A stretch of DNA of 64,000 bases from Eledone cirrhosa. Its lineage: Eukaryota. The stretch is from NCBI GenBank assembly GCA_964016885.1, contig OZ024746.1:97836001-97900000 (forward strand), read 5' to 3'. The position numbers were made by a program, and so were the translations under genes. Position 1 is the stretch's first letter. Each line of letters opens with the position of its first letter. The notes beneath the pieces were generated by a model, which saw only the letters and a list, made by a program, of their open reading frames with translations, ran no database searches and was not told where the DNA came from. Shown here in pieces: positions 13,385-33,372 of this stretch.

Positions 13385-14095
13385 TATCACGATAAATTAA
13401 CGGAGGCATAGGCCGTCGTTATTCCCTGTAAATAATGTGCTCAAAGGGGAAGAGATCCTGAGCCCTTTAAAATATAATATATTTTTCCCTGTATTATTGA
13501 TAACGCACTATATATCTCTCTCTGGTGTGTTACCCTTCTCAACATATTATATTTTAAAGGGCTCAGGATCTCTTCCCCTTTGAGCACATTATTTACAGGA
13601 ATAACGACGGCCTATGCCTCCGTTAATTTACCGTGATATTTCGCTCCTAATAACAGTCTTTCCCCATCTCTGTTTGGTTGAGCACACATCTCTGAGTGGC
13701 TTTGGGCTGCCCTTTCTAGCAGTTCGTCTGTCAGAGGCCACTGGTTCACTGCCCTTAAACACGCTGTGACTTCTCTCTCCCTCGTGTAGCTGGACAGTCA
13801 ATTGTAAAATTCTCTTAGTGTTGTCTGAAATGTTTGGCCTTACACACGCTGATGAACCGAGACTAGACCATTTCTTTCAACAAATTTTTTGGTGAAACAT
13901 ATCTTTGGTTTTGTACGTGTGTTATATAGTTATAAAGGTATTTATTTACGCCTTTAATTTATATTTTTAATTATCGTGTCTATAGTCTGCCTTTCATAGG
14001 TTATAGATTCCATACACTGGTGTTTTTTCCCTGTATTATTGATAACGCACTATATATCTCTCTCTGGTGTGTTACCTTCTCAACATATTATATTT
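13385..14095 (+). mobile_element. 542-bp non-coding HHR monomer with terminal redundancy and 5' inverted segment
   Basis: Direct repeat 13482-13554 / 14024-14095 (period 542); 13385-13480 is the reverse complement of about 13545-13638. Relatives at about 45745-45992 (minus) and 52771-52838. Confidence 0.8.
13842..13922 (+). ncRNA. Type I hammerhead ribozyme motif
   Basis: ACACACG-CTGATGA-ACCGAGA...TTTTGGT-GAAA-CA...TG-TA-CGTGTGT; 7-bp stem I; NUH=GUA. Confidence 0.75.
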
Positions 14096-18592
<4,497 letters not shown>

Positions 18593-18960
18593 GGAGGCAC
18601 ATGGCTTAGTGGTTAGAGCATTGGCCTTGCAATCGAAAGGTTGTGAGTTCAATTCTCAGACCGGGTGATGTGTTGTTTCCTTGAGCAAGACACTTTATTT
18701 CACATTGCTCCAGTTTACTCAGCTGTAGAAATGAGATGATAGGGAACCCATTCCCTATCATTCCACTGCAAAATTGTCGTGGAGGTGCAACGGCAAAAAA
18801 GCACCCAGCACTCACTGTAAATGAGGTTGGTGTTAGGAAGGGCATCAAGCTGTAGAAATCAAGCCAGAATCAGTTCCCGTCCCACCCTTGCAAGCAGGGA
18901 GAAGCGGACGTAAAAAAAAAAAAAAAAAAATAAAAAAAAGAAATGATGATGATGAAATGA
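18593..18960 (+). mobile_element. tRNA-derived SINE family B
   Basis: Box A TGGCTTAGTGG, box B GAGTTCAATTC, central TCCTTGAGCAAGACACTTTATTTCAC, LINE-like tail ending (ATG)n; several near-identical copies in the window. Confidence 0.85.
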
Positions 18961-18963
18961 TAT

Positions 18964-19034
<71 letters not shown>

Positions 19035-19618
19035 TATAGATAGGTAAATATACACGGGTGTGTATGATTGTGTATAGAAGATTATATTAATAAGAGGAAT
19101 TCCAACTTTGTCTGATTTACTCGTTTTATTTACAATCCTTTAAAATATATATAATGGTATTATAATGAAATAGTATGATAGAATATTAAATTCTAAGTGT
19201 TAATTGAACAAGTACTTTCATGCTTTCGCAATCTTCAGGTTCATGATATGTGGTGACAGTCGAGTTTGCAATTTTCAACTGTAATGAGATGGGTAAATTT
19301 CCTACCTTTTATACATTTTATACAGAGAAAAGTGGCTCCAGAATGCAAAGCCCTGTAAACTGTATTTCGACCAATCAGTGTGTAGTTTCACTGAATTACT
19401 ACAGCTGATTGGTTTAAGCGTCACGGCTGGTTGAACATGCTAACGACCAATAGTCATATCCAACGTATCAATTGTTTTGCTTTTTTGAAATGATGAAAAT
19501 AGCATTTTCTATTAATCATCACCATCAACATCACTTTTATTATTATTATTATTGTTGTTGTTGTTGTTGTTAGTGGTCGTGGTCATAGTGGTAGTAGAAG
19601 TAATACCCCTAGGCGTTA

Positions 19619-20494
19619 TTATTGTTCATTTAGCTTGGGTTTGAATTTATCAATAAAATTCTTTTCTTTGATTTTTCTCTTGATTTCATTTGGGCTGTGT
19701 AATTTGTAGAATGGGAATATTATAAATATTCCCTGACCACATGTTGCCAGGTGGCCGCTTAGGGGTATCTGACGGACATTTGGGTCTCTGATTTGTTGAC
19801 GGTGTACCCGTGCACGTTCCGATAGTGCATTTCCAGTTTGACCGACATATAGTTCTTCACAATTCGGGCATTTAATGCAGTAAATTAGATTTCTGCTTTT
19901 GCAGTTCATATTTGCATTTGTGAATATTTTTCCAGTTTTTGTTTTCATATATTGACCGGCGTGTATGGATTGACATGTGCCGCATCGATTATCATTGCAT
20001 TTAGATACAGTGAATGATTGGTCTTTGTTGTTAAGGTCAAACTTTGCTTTTGTTAGCAATTGCTTCAAATTTTTTGGCTGTCTTTTACTAAGAGTCAAAG
20101 ATCGATCTGTGATTAAGCCTTTTAATTCATTACTTTGAGCAATGATCGGTAGGTTTGCTTTGGCAGTGTTGAAGTTATTCTGGTGACATGGGTTGTGTGT
20201 CATTATAAATGGTATGACCAGTTCTTGGTTTCTTCTTCTTTGGGTTGTTCTAAGTTGTTGTATAGGTATTTTTATAGCCCGCTGTATGCCATTTTCTATA
20301 AGTAGAGATGGGTATTTTTGTTTGAGCAAAAATTCTCTTAGTTCTGTTAGGCGTTTGTACCTGGTATTCGTATCTTCTACAATGGTACAAATTCTTCTGG
20401 CTAGGCAGTATGGGATGTTGCGTTTTGTATGAGGTGGATGGCACGACTTAAAATTCAGATATTGATGGGTGTCTGTGTGTTTATAATATATATC
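19619..20494 (-). pseudogene. Inverted duplicate of the PLE thumb + GIY-YIG region
   Basis: Protein identical to the C-terminal part of 20492-22018 except one residue (HQNNF vs HQNIF). Confidence 0.9.
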
Positions 20495-22018
20495 GCTGGT
20501 CCAACATGCCCCACTCACCGTCTAAGCAATTTTGTTGACATTATTTTGAAACCACTATGTATTCACATACCCAGTTTCATCCGGGATGATATCGACTTCC
20601 TGTCCCATCTTCCCAAAACCACGGAAACGAATTCACTTCTACTCAGTTTTGATGTGGTAAGCCTTTACACCAACATTACACATGATTTAGGAATAAAGGC
20701 GGTTAAATACTGGGTGGAAAAACATAGAGAAGTGATTCCCATTAGATTCACAGCGCCATTTATATTAGACGCAGTTAAACTTATTCTGGAAAACAACACT
20801 TTCTTCTTCAATGGAAAGAATTACATCCAAATTAGAGGCACAGCGATGGGAACGAAGTTTGCTCCCGTTTACGCGAACTCTGTAATGGGATACTTAGAAC
20901 AACTCTACCAAGAAATAGAGGAAAAATATAGTACTGACTTTAGAAAGTACATTGAAAAATCTTGGAAGAGATACCTTGACGACTGTTTCATCATCTGGAC
21001 AGAATCTCTAGATACTCTGGATGAGTTCAATATCCTCCTGAATAACCTACACCCATCTCTCCAATTCACAAAAGAGATGAGTAGGACCAAATTACCATTC
21101 CTAGATATAATGATAATCAAAAACGACACCACCATTACCACGGATATATATTATAAACACACAGACACCCATCAATATCTGAATTTTAAGTCGTGCCATC
21201 CACCTCATACAAAACGCAACATCCCATACTGCCTAGCCAGAAGAATTTGTACCATTGTAGAAGATACGAATACCAGGTACAAACGCCTAACAGAACTAAG
21301 AGAATTTTTGCTCAAACAAAAATACCCATCTCTACTTATAGAAAATGGCATACAGCGGGCTATAAAAATACCTATACAACAACTTAGAACAACCCAAAGA
21401 AGAAGAAACCAAGAACTGGTCATACCATTTATAATGACACACAACCCATGTCACCAGAATATCTTCAACACTGCCAAAGCAAACCTACCGATCATTGCTC
21501 AAAGTAATGAATTAAAAGGCTTAATCACAGATCGATCTTTGACTCTTAGTAAAAGACAGCCAAAAAATTTGAAGCAATTGCTAACAAAAGCAAAGTTTGA
21601 CCTTAACAACAAAGACCAATCATTCACTGTATCTAAATGCAATGATAATCGATGCGGCACATGTCAATCCATACACGCCGGTCAATATATGAAAACAAAA
21701 ACTGGAAAAATATTCACAAATGCAAATATGAACTGCAAAAGCAGAAATCTAATTTACTGCATTAAATGCCCGAATTGTGAAGAACTATATGTCGGTCAAA
21801 CTGGAAATGCACTATCGGAACGTGCACGGGTACACCGTCAACAAATCAGAGACCCAAATGTCCGTCAGATACCCCTAAGCGGCCACCTGGCAACATGTGG
21901 TCAGGGAATATTTATAATATTCCCATTCTACAAATTACACAGCCCAAATGAAATCAAGAGAAAAATCAAAGAAAAGAATTTTATTGATAAATTCAAACCC
22001 AAGCTAAATGAACAATAA
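20492..22018 (+). CDS. PLE reverse transcriptase + GIY-YIG endonuclease (5'-truncated, uninterrupted; Neptune-like Cys linker)
   Basis: RT motifs SFDVVSLYTNI, GTAMGTKFAP, RYLDD, LPFLDI; Cys linker CNDNRCGTC; endonuclease LIYCIKCPNCEELYVGQT...R...H...H...E...KPKLN. The first ~20 aa of ORF 20429 come from the inverted arm. Confidence 0.92.
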   Translation: MAGPTCPTHRLSNFVDIILKPLCIHIPSFIRDDIDFLSHLPKTTETNSLLLSFDVVSLYTNITHDLGIKAVKYWVEKHREVIPIRFTAPFILDAVKLILENNTFFFNGKNYIQIRGTAMGTKFAPVYANSVMGYLEQLYQEIEEKYSTDFRKYIEKSWKRYLDDCFIIWTESLDTLDEFNILLNNLHPSLQFTKEMSRTKLPFLDIMIIKNDTTITTDIYYKHTDTHQYLNFKSCHPPHTKRNIPYCLARRICTIVEDTNTRYKRLTELREFLLKQKYPSLLIENGIQRAIKIPIQQLRTTQRRRNQELVIPFIMTHNPCHQNIFNTAKANLPIIAQSNELKGLITDRSLTLSKRQPKNLKQLLTKAKFDLNNKDQSFTVSKCNDNRCGTCQSIHAGQYMKTKTGKIFTNANMNCKSRNLIYCIKCPNCEELYVGQTGNALSERARVHRQQIRDPNVRQIPLSGHLATCGQGIFIIFPFYKLHSPNEIKRKIKEKNFIDKFKPKLNEQ

Positions 22019-22179
22019 TAACGCCTAGGGGTATTACTTCTACTACCACTATGACCACGACCACTAACAACAACAACAACAACAATAATAATAATAATAA
22101 AAGTGATGTTGATGGTGATGATTAATAGAAAATGCTATTTTCATCATTTCAAAAAAGCAAAACAATTGATACGTTGGAT

Positions 22180-22332
22180 ATGACTATTGGTCGTTAGCAT
22201 GTTCAACCAGCCGTGACGCTTAAACCAATCAGCTGTAGTAATTCAGTGAAACTACACACTGATTGGTCGAAATACAGTTTACAGGGCTTTGCATTCTGGA
22301 GCCACTTTTCTCTGTATAAAATGTATAAAAGG
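22180..22332 (+). promoter_or_regulatory. Putative pLTR promoter: three CCAAT boxes plus tandem TATAAAA
   Basis: ATTGG at about 22186 and 22262, CCAAT at about 22225, TATAAAA twice at about 22315-22330, upstream of the HHR. Confidence 0.4.
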
Positions 22333-22416
22333 TAGGAAATTTACCCATCTCATTACAGTTGAAAATTGCAAACTCGACTGTCACCACATATCATGAACCT
22401 GAAGATTGCGAAATCA

Positions 22417-22455
22417 TGAACCTGAAGATTGCGAAAGCATGAAAGTACTTGTTCA
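22417..22455 (+). ncRNA. Minimal type I hammerhead in PLE 3' UTR/pLTR (minus copy at 19205-19243)
   Basis: TGAAC-CTGAAGA-t TGC gaaa GCA t-GAAA-GTAC-TT-GTTCA; palindromic stem III AAGTACTT. Confidence 0.8.
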
Positions 22456-22569
22456 ATTAACACTTAGAATTTAATATTCTATCATACTATTTCATTATAA
22501 TACCATTATATATATTTTAAAGGATTGTAAATAAAACGAGTAAATCAGACAAAGTTGGAATTCCTCTTA

Positions 22570-22622
<53 letters not shown>

Positions 22623-22777
22623 ATAATGACTCTCTATCCTTCTCTGGAAGAAATCTGCTGTTTTCAAACCTGGGAGTGATGGGCTCAGCCAGGTTAAAAA
22701 AACGTCCTAATAACGATACCCTACAGCTCCCTCGGAAGTCACTGGACCATGCATGCAAGCACTACTACTTCGACCAC

Positions 22778-22849
<72 letters not shown>

Positions 22850-22851
<2 letters not shown>

Positions 22852-23075
22852 TACCACCCACTTTCCAGTCTGGCAGATTTTTTTACACCACAGAAACAAC
22901 AGGTCTGAGCCTCGCGAGCTGGAATGGCTCTTCCAACGCAACTCCCTCACCATCCTTCGGGTAAACACCTTCTCTGTTCTGTCCACCGGGGCCGTGAGGC
23001 GGCCAGCACATGGGCCCCCGTTTGCTTATAATAGTGAGAGATGGGGAGAGTGGTAGAGATGGAGGCAGTGACAAT
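22850..23075 (+). pseudogene. CRE-type LINE 3' fragment
   Basis: EPRELEWLFQRNSLTILRVN motif shared with 31020-31712, 37085-37460 and 46285-46534. Confidence 0.65.
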
Positions 23076-24030
23076 AGGAATTTGCTTCTTTTGTGTTCCG
23101 CCCTTGACAAGAATTTCTTGTTTCAGTGTATATGTAGATGCGCACGTACACACAACCAACAAACAAAACAACTTTCATATATACATAAGATAGATACTCA
23201 GAAAGATAATGTTTGATAATACAGTTAAAAAATATCAAGCATGTACTGTATTTCTAAAAAGAAAAAAAAAGCACTATGGTAATTAGTATCAGTTTTATAT
23301 TAATTTGAAAGAAAAAAGAAGGTTTGGGATGTCAAAGTATGTCTAAAGAGAACATTCCAACGTAATTGTATCAATCGTTGACTAGGTTACTAAACATTTG
23401 AGCTATTTTTTATATCATTATCTTCATACTTCTTATCGAAGTTGTATACCTGAATACTTCATTAATTTTCGTTGTAAATCTTAAAAGAAAAAGAAAAATG
23501 GAATAATAAAAGAAAAAGACACCCAAACCTATAATTTACTGGCTATCATGCTAGGATTTGAAAATACAAAAAGAAAAAAAAAGACGCATTATTTTTGTAA
23601 TTACCAAATTTACTATATCATATTTACTATAAAAAGTATAGAAACACCAACTAAGTCAACATAAATGGCTAATTGTAACAAGATTATACTTTTTTTTTCG
23701 TCAAATAAATATGGAAGCGTATCATTAAAGAATCAAGATATGGAATATCAACTACATTGAATGAATATGCAAAAGAAATACAAGACATCAACGAAAACTA
23801 ATTGGCAGGTTGAAGATTAAAAACAACGCTGAAAAGAGCGTGTGTGTATATATATATAAATATATATATAAATAAATAAATATATATATAAATAAATATA
23901 TATAAAAATAAATATATATATAAATAAATATATATATAAATAAATATATATATAAATAAATATATATATAAATAAATATATATATATAAATAAATATATA
24001 TATATAAATAAATATATATATATAAATATA

Positions 24031-24795
24031 CAATATTAAATAAATGGAAAACTATATTTATAAAACCATATTTATTTCATTATATATATTTCGGGGATAT
24101 CATATTAACAATATGCTATGCCTTCATCAGACAAAATACAATATAAACAGTTTTATAGATAAATAGATTCGACATACCGTTACAACACCGACTTCATTTG
24201 AAGAGGTTTAAGCTGGCAGTGAAAAAATTTTACACAGAGAGAAAGAAAGAGAGAAAAAAGAAAGAAAGACAGAAAACGAAGAAAAGGAAGAAAAAGAAGA
24301 AAAAGAAGAAATGCATGGAACAAAATAGAGAGATGGAAAGATAGATAAAGCGAAGAACTTCATGTAAAGAAACAGAAAGAGATATATATAGAGAGAGAGA
24401 GAGGAAATAGAGATAGATACATATATATATAGAAAATTAGGTAGTGGGAGGTCATTTTGAGTAAATGTATCAATGATACATTTATTTATTTATTTATTTA
24501 TTTAGCTCAAGTATTAATGTAAGGGAGATATATATAGAGAGAAAAAATATAGAGAGAGGAAAAAAATAGCGAGAGAAAAAAATTTAAAAATAGCCAGATA
24601 TATTCGAGGCGTAAAAACCCTATGTTTTAATGTATTAGTATTTATAAAACTTACACTATATAAATATGGTTTTATAAATATAGTTTTCCATTTATTTAAT
24701 ATTGTAAATATACTCCAAATATTTGTCGAGTGCTTTTATATCAGTTATAAATATTTACTAGTTGTAACCCAACAATTTTAAATATAACTTTCCAT
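24031..24795. mobile_element. HHR-like family F element, fold-back
   Basis: Left arm 24031-24660 (minus) with CTGATGA-stem-GAAA at 24089-24130; right arm 24660-24795 (plus). Other copies at about 26674-26858, 27990-28110, 32195-32335, 44003-44460 and 61416-62050. Confidence 0.7.
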
Positions 24796-25190
24796 ATATA
24801 TAAATATATATATATAAATATATATATAAATATATATATATAAATATATATATATAAATATATATATATAAATATATATATATAAATATATATATAAATA
24901 TATATATATAAATATATATATATAAATATATATATAAATATATATATATAAATATAAAATATTAAAAAAAATATTTAAAAAATAATGAATAAAACAATGA
25001 AACAGTTCCTTATATTAAACAAAAAAACTTCATTATTTAACGATCGTTTCTAGGATATATATGTGTTAGAATTGGCATGCATATTCAACAGATCTATGTA
25101 CAAAATTATACAAAATTATACAAACTATCAAGATTAAATATACATACCAAACACACATATATGCCGTCTTTTACCAAACACACATATATG

Positions 25191-25525
25191 CCTTTCTTCT
25201 ATCCTACGCCATCGTAGGATAGAAGAAAGGAAAGGCACAGAAACGAAGAAAGAAATCCCCAGTCACTGAAGAGGTCACAGAGTGTGTGACGAAAGAACTA
25301 TGACTATATATAAACAACTATCTGGTTGTGAAACCAACCAACCAACCAACCAGAAATTTATAAATTTGTAAATTTATAAATATATAATAAATTAAATTGA
25401 AGTGAAAGCAACTGGTGCGTGTGTTTCTTATTGGCAACATGACCCTCCCAAAGTATAACAATATCGGTTTCAACACACGATTTCAGATAAAGAATCTTGC
25501 TAAACAAATTCAGAAACGAAATATA
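25191..25525 (+). mobile_element. Solo pLTR-like copy of the 51118-52575 PLE family with short 5' inversion; HHR at 25261-25305
   Basis: Near-identical to 52278-52575; hairpin CCTTTCTTCTATCCTACG-ccat-CGTAGGATAGAAGAAAGG at the 5' end. Decayed copy at about 39108-39325. Confidence 0.8.
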
Positions 25526-27990
<2,465 letters not shown>

Positions 27991-28722
27991 TGATATTAAA
28001 TAAATATAAACTATATTTATAAAACCATATTTATTCTATTATATATATTTCAAGGGTACCAAAACTTTGGTACTCTCTCATCAGATAAAATAAGTTTGTT
28101 TTATAAATATTGACATGTCCAGGAAGAAGATCTTAATGTTTCAAGTTCTTCCTGGATAGCTATTTTTTTATATCACTATCTTCATCTTCTTATCGAAGTT
28201 GTGTACCTGAATACTTCATTAATTTTCGTTAAAAATCTTAAAATTAAAAGAAAAAAAAGAATTATATATATACAAATGGAAGTTCAGCATAATCGAAGCT
28301 CTGACTGCATCTAAGCTAACGAATGCAATCGGAATGTGCAGCTAAGCACTCAATAAGGTATTTTACCTTAGAGTAATAACATTACATTTAGACAGCTTTG
28401 AAGATTGCGACCGGTAAGCCAGCCGCAGGGACCAAAGCAACGAGAAATTATATATATATATATAGTTTTTAGATGTGTCTTTGCACATATAAGCTCGCAT
28501 ATTTGGCGAGATGTCGAAAAAGAGTCGAGCCCCGTCACCTTGATTTTACCCTGAACTAATCGATATCGAACCAATTGTAATATGCAAATAAAGTTTGTAC
28601 ATATGCTGCAACACTGACTTCTTCTCCACACAACACGTCTTAACCCTGGAATACAACCCACACAAGACGGACCTCATAACATCAATGAAGGCTTCGCACG
28701 GCGCACCGCCTGTAACTGTTGT

Positions 28723-28761
<39 letters not shown>

Positions 28762-28992
28762 TCACCATTCGTGTCTGTTTACATTTTTTTCTCTCTCTCC
28801 CCCTTTTTTTATCCCAATAACTTATTTTAGTTATTGTTCGCCCTAGGCTGACGTATCTTGTCTCTAACGCGGAGAAATAACTATGATTCCTAGCAGACAA
28901 CTGACGATGGATATTCCTCTCTTTCGCCCGTAACTTTTTTTTTCATTATACTTTATTGCAACCACACAGCTCGCCATTTTCTTCACACACAC

Positions 28993-29232
28993 ACTCTCAG
29001 GTTCGATCGGGAGTAACCACAGTAAGATAATCAATACATGTTTTATATAGAAATAGCTTCTACAGGACTAAAACTGTTTCATTCGTAGGAAATCATCAGG
29101 ATTCCTGCCTGTTTTCTATATATAGCTCTAGTCCTGTAAAAGCCATGTCTATATTAAATGTGTTGTATACACCCTACTAATGTATTGAGTACCTTACTTA
29201 CTGTGGTTACCCCCGATTGAACCCGGGACTCT
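28993..29232. mobile_element. Decayed fold-back element with HHR-like core (relative at 40181-40346)
   Basis: Imperfect inverted arms; minus strand CTGATGA-tTTCctacGAAt-GAAA at 29077-29099; stem I not recoverable. Confidence 0.5.
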
Positions 29233-29288
<56 letters not shown>

Positions 29289-29305
29289 AGAGTCGAAACA
29301 GATCT

Positions 29306-29365
<60 letters not shown>

Positions 29366-29439
29366 AGATCTGTTTCGAAGAAAATATAAATATGTTATGC
29401 GGCAATAGACTGGGCTGGTTGCGTATGTATATATATTTT

Positions 29440-29495
29440 TTCATAAAATAAGTTTCAAAAAGCTACCATGCGTCCTGGAGGCCGAAGGTTGTTAA

Positions 29496-29537
<42 letters not shown>

Positions 29538-29602
29538 TTTTTGGTTGTCGAAATTAGGGTGCGTCCTCGAGGACGAAGCGTCTTCGGCGCCGGGAAATAC
29601 GG
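29440..29602 (-). mobile_element. Tc1/mariner-pogo-type MITE (partial)
   Basis: Ends CCGGGAAATACGG followed by TA; reverse-complement homolog of 34161-34328. Confidence 0.7.
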
Positions 29603-31019
29603 TATATTACAGGAGCGGTGGAATCATTTCTGAATTGAAGGCGTGTGGAATTTAGTCAATTTTGTTGAAAACTTCCATATATGATAAACATAACATGTAT
29701 ATAAATTGTAATGCATATACAAATAGATGTGTCTTTTTGGTAGTTTCGGGAGAAAAGTATAATTATTGGGGTGGGGGCTAGGCAGTCCCCCCCCCCCCAT
29801 CCTTACATTAGGATTAAGATATTTTAGGCTTGGAATTCCACCGTCGGCTTTTGAGCACACGAAATGAATCTAGTGAATCGTCAAGATATTTTCATTTCAT
29901 AAACAATGTCTAGCGTCTTTGATATCCACTTTTCTTTCCAGACAGCTGAAGTGTCACTTTTGTTTTACACACTATTAATATCTGACAAGTTCTTGACTAT
30001 AATCACCACCTCGAAATAGACTTTCAGCAAGTGTTGTCATTCATACAGCACACCTAATTCTTCCTGCATTTACACCCAACTCTATAGAGTGTTAATATAT
30101 TGATTCCACTGTCAGCGTGAAAGAAGGAAAATTTAACCAGTTTCCTGCTACTTATTTAATAAAATATTTTGTATATTTCTAAAAAAAAGTACCAGTCTAG
30201 TACTGGAGCCGATTCTTCCTCTATATCTCTTTCTCCCCTCCCTCAATCTTTCTCTGGGAGAAATCGGCTGTACACAGGCCTAGAGAGGGATGAGCTCCGC
30301 CAGACTTTAAATGCCAAAGAAACGCCGTATATCACTACGGCGTCCCTACGTACGACTTCCCCAGGAGTTACGGAACCATACCACACCATACCATTTACTT
30401 ACGCATTTTATTTTCATTTGATACACTATTCCTTTTCTTCATCTTGTAAAGTACTCGTGCTTGTGTCACGAAAAAGAAAACGCGCATTCCACCCTGTAAG
30501 GTGGTCGTGCTAGTGCCACGAAAAATTCTCCCAGTACACGCTGTAAAGTGGTTGGCGCTAGGAAGAGCATCCAGTCTAGCCTTAGAAAACCAAGCCGGAA
30601 TTGGATTGTATGATCAAGACGTGGTCCATTAATCTGTTTCGCCTCATAACGTAACAATCCGACTAACCCTTGCGATATAGAAAATAGTCGTTAAACGGCG
30701 ATGATGATTTTATTCTTTGAAGTGACTGGCAGATTTAGGTATTAGACAACATATAAAAATTTCGCACATCTAATCGTTTTACCTGTAGATGCTTTTGACT
30801 TGACAGGTCTGGAGGAAAAGCAATGCCCATGGCCTTCACAGACGCCCTAATACCAAAGAGGCTGGTCTCTGGGGCATTTTTGTCCATCGCTGTCTTTGAC
30901 ACCATTTAGCTATTTTGACGATTGTTCTGGCGATGAGGTTTCTCATTTTTATTGTATTAAAGATATATTTTCAAAGCATTCTGAGGAGTGTACACGATAT
31001 ATTAAAGGAATCCCTAACT

Positions 31020-31712
31020 AACGTCCCTAATCACCTCTCAGACAGGCTCACGCACCAGCTCGATCAGCACCGCCTTGCCTGTTTTCGTGCTGCTTCCAAA
31101 CCCCACAGTGCTGTCTGGCTCCATGTCCTGCCCTCCTTCTCCACTGGCACGCAGCTAAACAACAATAGCCTGCGCATCGGCGTTTCCTTGAGGCTCGGCC
31201 TCTGGATCTGCGAGCCACACCAATGTTGCTGCGGATCCACCGGCTTTCCTGTCGCCACAGTGCCGGTCGTCTTCCACGGCATGCTGCCCTCAACGAGGTC
31301 ATAAAGCATGGCTTGGACGTTGCAGGGTTCCCTTCCCTGCTCGAGCCGGTGGGGCTGGACCGAGTGGACGGCAAAAGGACAGATGGCATGACCATCTTCC
31401 CGTTCCGCGGTGGCAAACTTCTAGTCTGGGATGCCACTTGCACCGACATTTCTGCAGCCGCAACCTGGTGCAGTCTGCGACTAACCTATGTTCTGCTGCA
31501 CGTCGAGCTGAGGGGGTCAAACTCCTCAAATACCGGTCGCTCTCCGACAGGTTTACAGTTGTACCCCTGGCAGTGGAGACTTTTGGTGTCCTCGGCCCTA
31601 GGGCTACCTCCCTAGGTGTGAGCCCCGCGAGTTGGAGTGGCTTTTCCAGCGCGTCTCCCTTGCCATCCTCCAGGGAAACGCCTTCTCCGCCGGGGCTGTG
31701 GGGGGCCCCATT
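31020..31712 (+). pseudogene. CRE-type non-LTR retrotransposon C-terminus (zinc knuckle + restriction-like endonuclease), frameshifted
   Basis: Across frames: LRLGL..C.C...H.LSC...GR..RH..LN, EP.GL...[39 protein letters not shown]. Confidence 0.8.
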
Positions 31713-32329
31713 ACGTATCATTCTACTGAATCAAATTTTGAAAGTTAATTTACACACTATATATATATATATACATACACACATCACCTGAAATGAAGCA
31801 ATTAACTTGTAAATCAATAAAAGACGTTTTTAGTCCTACTGTGAAATTAAAACGTAGCTTGAAGTAAAAACAAAATAAAAAAATGAACTGGGTTTTCTTA
31901 GCCGATATCCATTTCACGGAAATGAAAATGAAGATACGCATTTAAATTATCATTAAAAAAAAAACAACTAAAAAAAAAACAACCTCCTGTATGTCAACTA
32001 TTAAATCTTGCCTCAACCATTTGATCCCGATATGATTTTACTCTGAGTGAAATTTAAAATGAGCAAGATAACTCACCAGACATTTTCGAAAGTTGATCAA
32101 GGATATTCATTCTAAGAAAATCATTTGATATGAATATGGAAATACCGTGCTTTTATAAAGCTTAAGTCAGTCAAGCAAATTCATGTCATATATATATTGG
32201 TTATGTCAAAATTTATAAAACACACTTCGTATCTTATCTGATGATAACGTACCAAAATTTTGGTACCCTTGAAATATATATAATAGAATAAATATGGTTT
32301 TATAAATATAGTTTCCATTTATTTAATAT

Positions 32330-32373
<44 letters not shown>

Positions 32374-32656
32374 ATATACAATATATTTGATCTACGGTTC
32401 TTATATATTTGATATATATTTATCCTTATCGAGCCCTCTTTGGATTTTAGTCTTCAAATTTATTATTATTACTATATATATATACAGTTTAATTCTGATG
32501 AACTCTTTGGTTCTAAAGTCGGCCCAGATAGAGTTCGAACCTTGAGCTGATCAATCACGAAACGCGTGTTACACCTGAATAAATTTAATGAAATTTGACA
32601 CCTCATCCATTACTATTTTTTGCTGGCCTTTGCCTAAATCAGAAACCATTGTGTAT

Positions 32657-33372
32657 TGGCAGTATCGGTAGAGGGTTGGACGCCATGCTTGCTAGCATAG
32701 TTACGTCCCTTTACAGTCTGAGTTCAAATCCCGCCGAGGTTAACTTTGCCTTTCATCCCTACGGGGTCGATAAAATAAAGTACCAGTAATGTACTGGTTA
32801 ATGGCTGGCCTTGTGCCTAAAGTAGAAACAATTATTATTATACAGGGCGGTGGATTGGCAGTATCGGTAGAGGGTCGGACGCCATGCTTTGACGCATAGA
32901 GTTACGGCCCTTGCCATTCTGAGTTCAAATCCCGCTGAGGTTAACTTTGCCTTTCATCCTTACGGGGTCGATAAAATAAAGTACCAGTAATCCACTGGGT
33001 ATTTGCTGGCCTTGTGCCAAAAGTAGAAACCATTATTATTATTATTATATAACATAGCATCATGATGCTGTTTGCTTGCAAACAAATCGAATATTATTGT
33101 TATTCGACATAAATATATATAAGAGCGGAGGATATAATTATTTATATAAGAGTGGTGGGTTGGCAGATTCGGTAGAGTTTTGGGCACCATGCTTTACAGC
33201 ATAGAGTTACGGCCCTTTATGATCGGAGTTCAAATCCCGCCGAGGTTAACTTTACCTTTCATCCTTACAGTGTCGATAAAATAAAGTACCAGTCACGCAC
33301 TGGGTTCGATTTAATCGGCTTCCCCTCACCCAAAATTGCTGGCTTTGTGCCTATATAAGAAAACATTATTAT
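32657..33372 (+). mobile_element. Three tandem SINE family A copies
   Basis: Box B plus core at about 32720, 32921 and 33227. Confidence 0.85.

Larger units (their letters stand above)
19085..22575. mobile_element. Penelope-like retroelement, 5'-truncated with 1.4-kb inverted arm
   Basis: 19085-20494 is the reverse complement of about 21143-22575; both arms end at the same AATTCCTCTTATTAAT terminus beside AT-rich/(TA)n sequence. Confidence 0.92.

Noticed and set aside
18593-18665. tRNA gene
   Set aside because: tRNA-like SINE head continuing into the SINE body; no proper acceptor stem or terminator.
28300-28990. Possible host promoter or first exons (AAAATGGCG on minus at about 28972-28980, CpG-richer, splice-like sites)
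   Set aside because: Suggestive only; no coherent reading frame; needs RNA-seq.
32488-32580. HHR-like CTGATGA...GAAACGCGTG
   Set aside because: No valid NUH plus stem I combination found.
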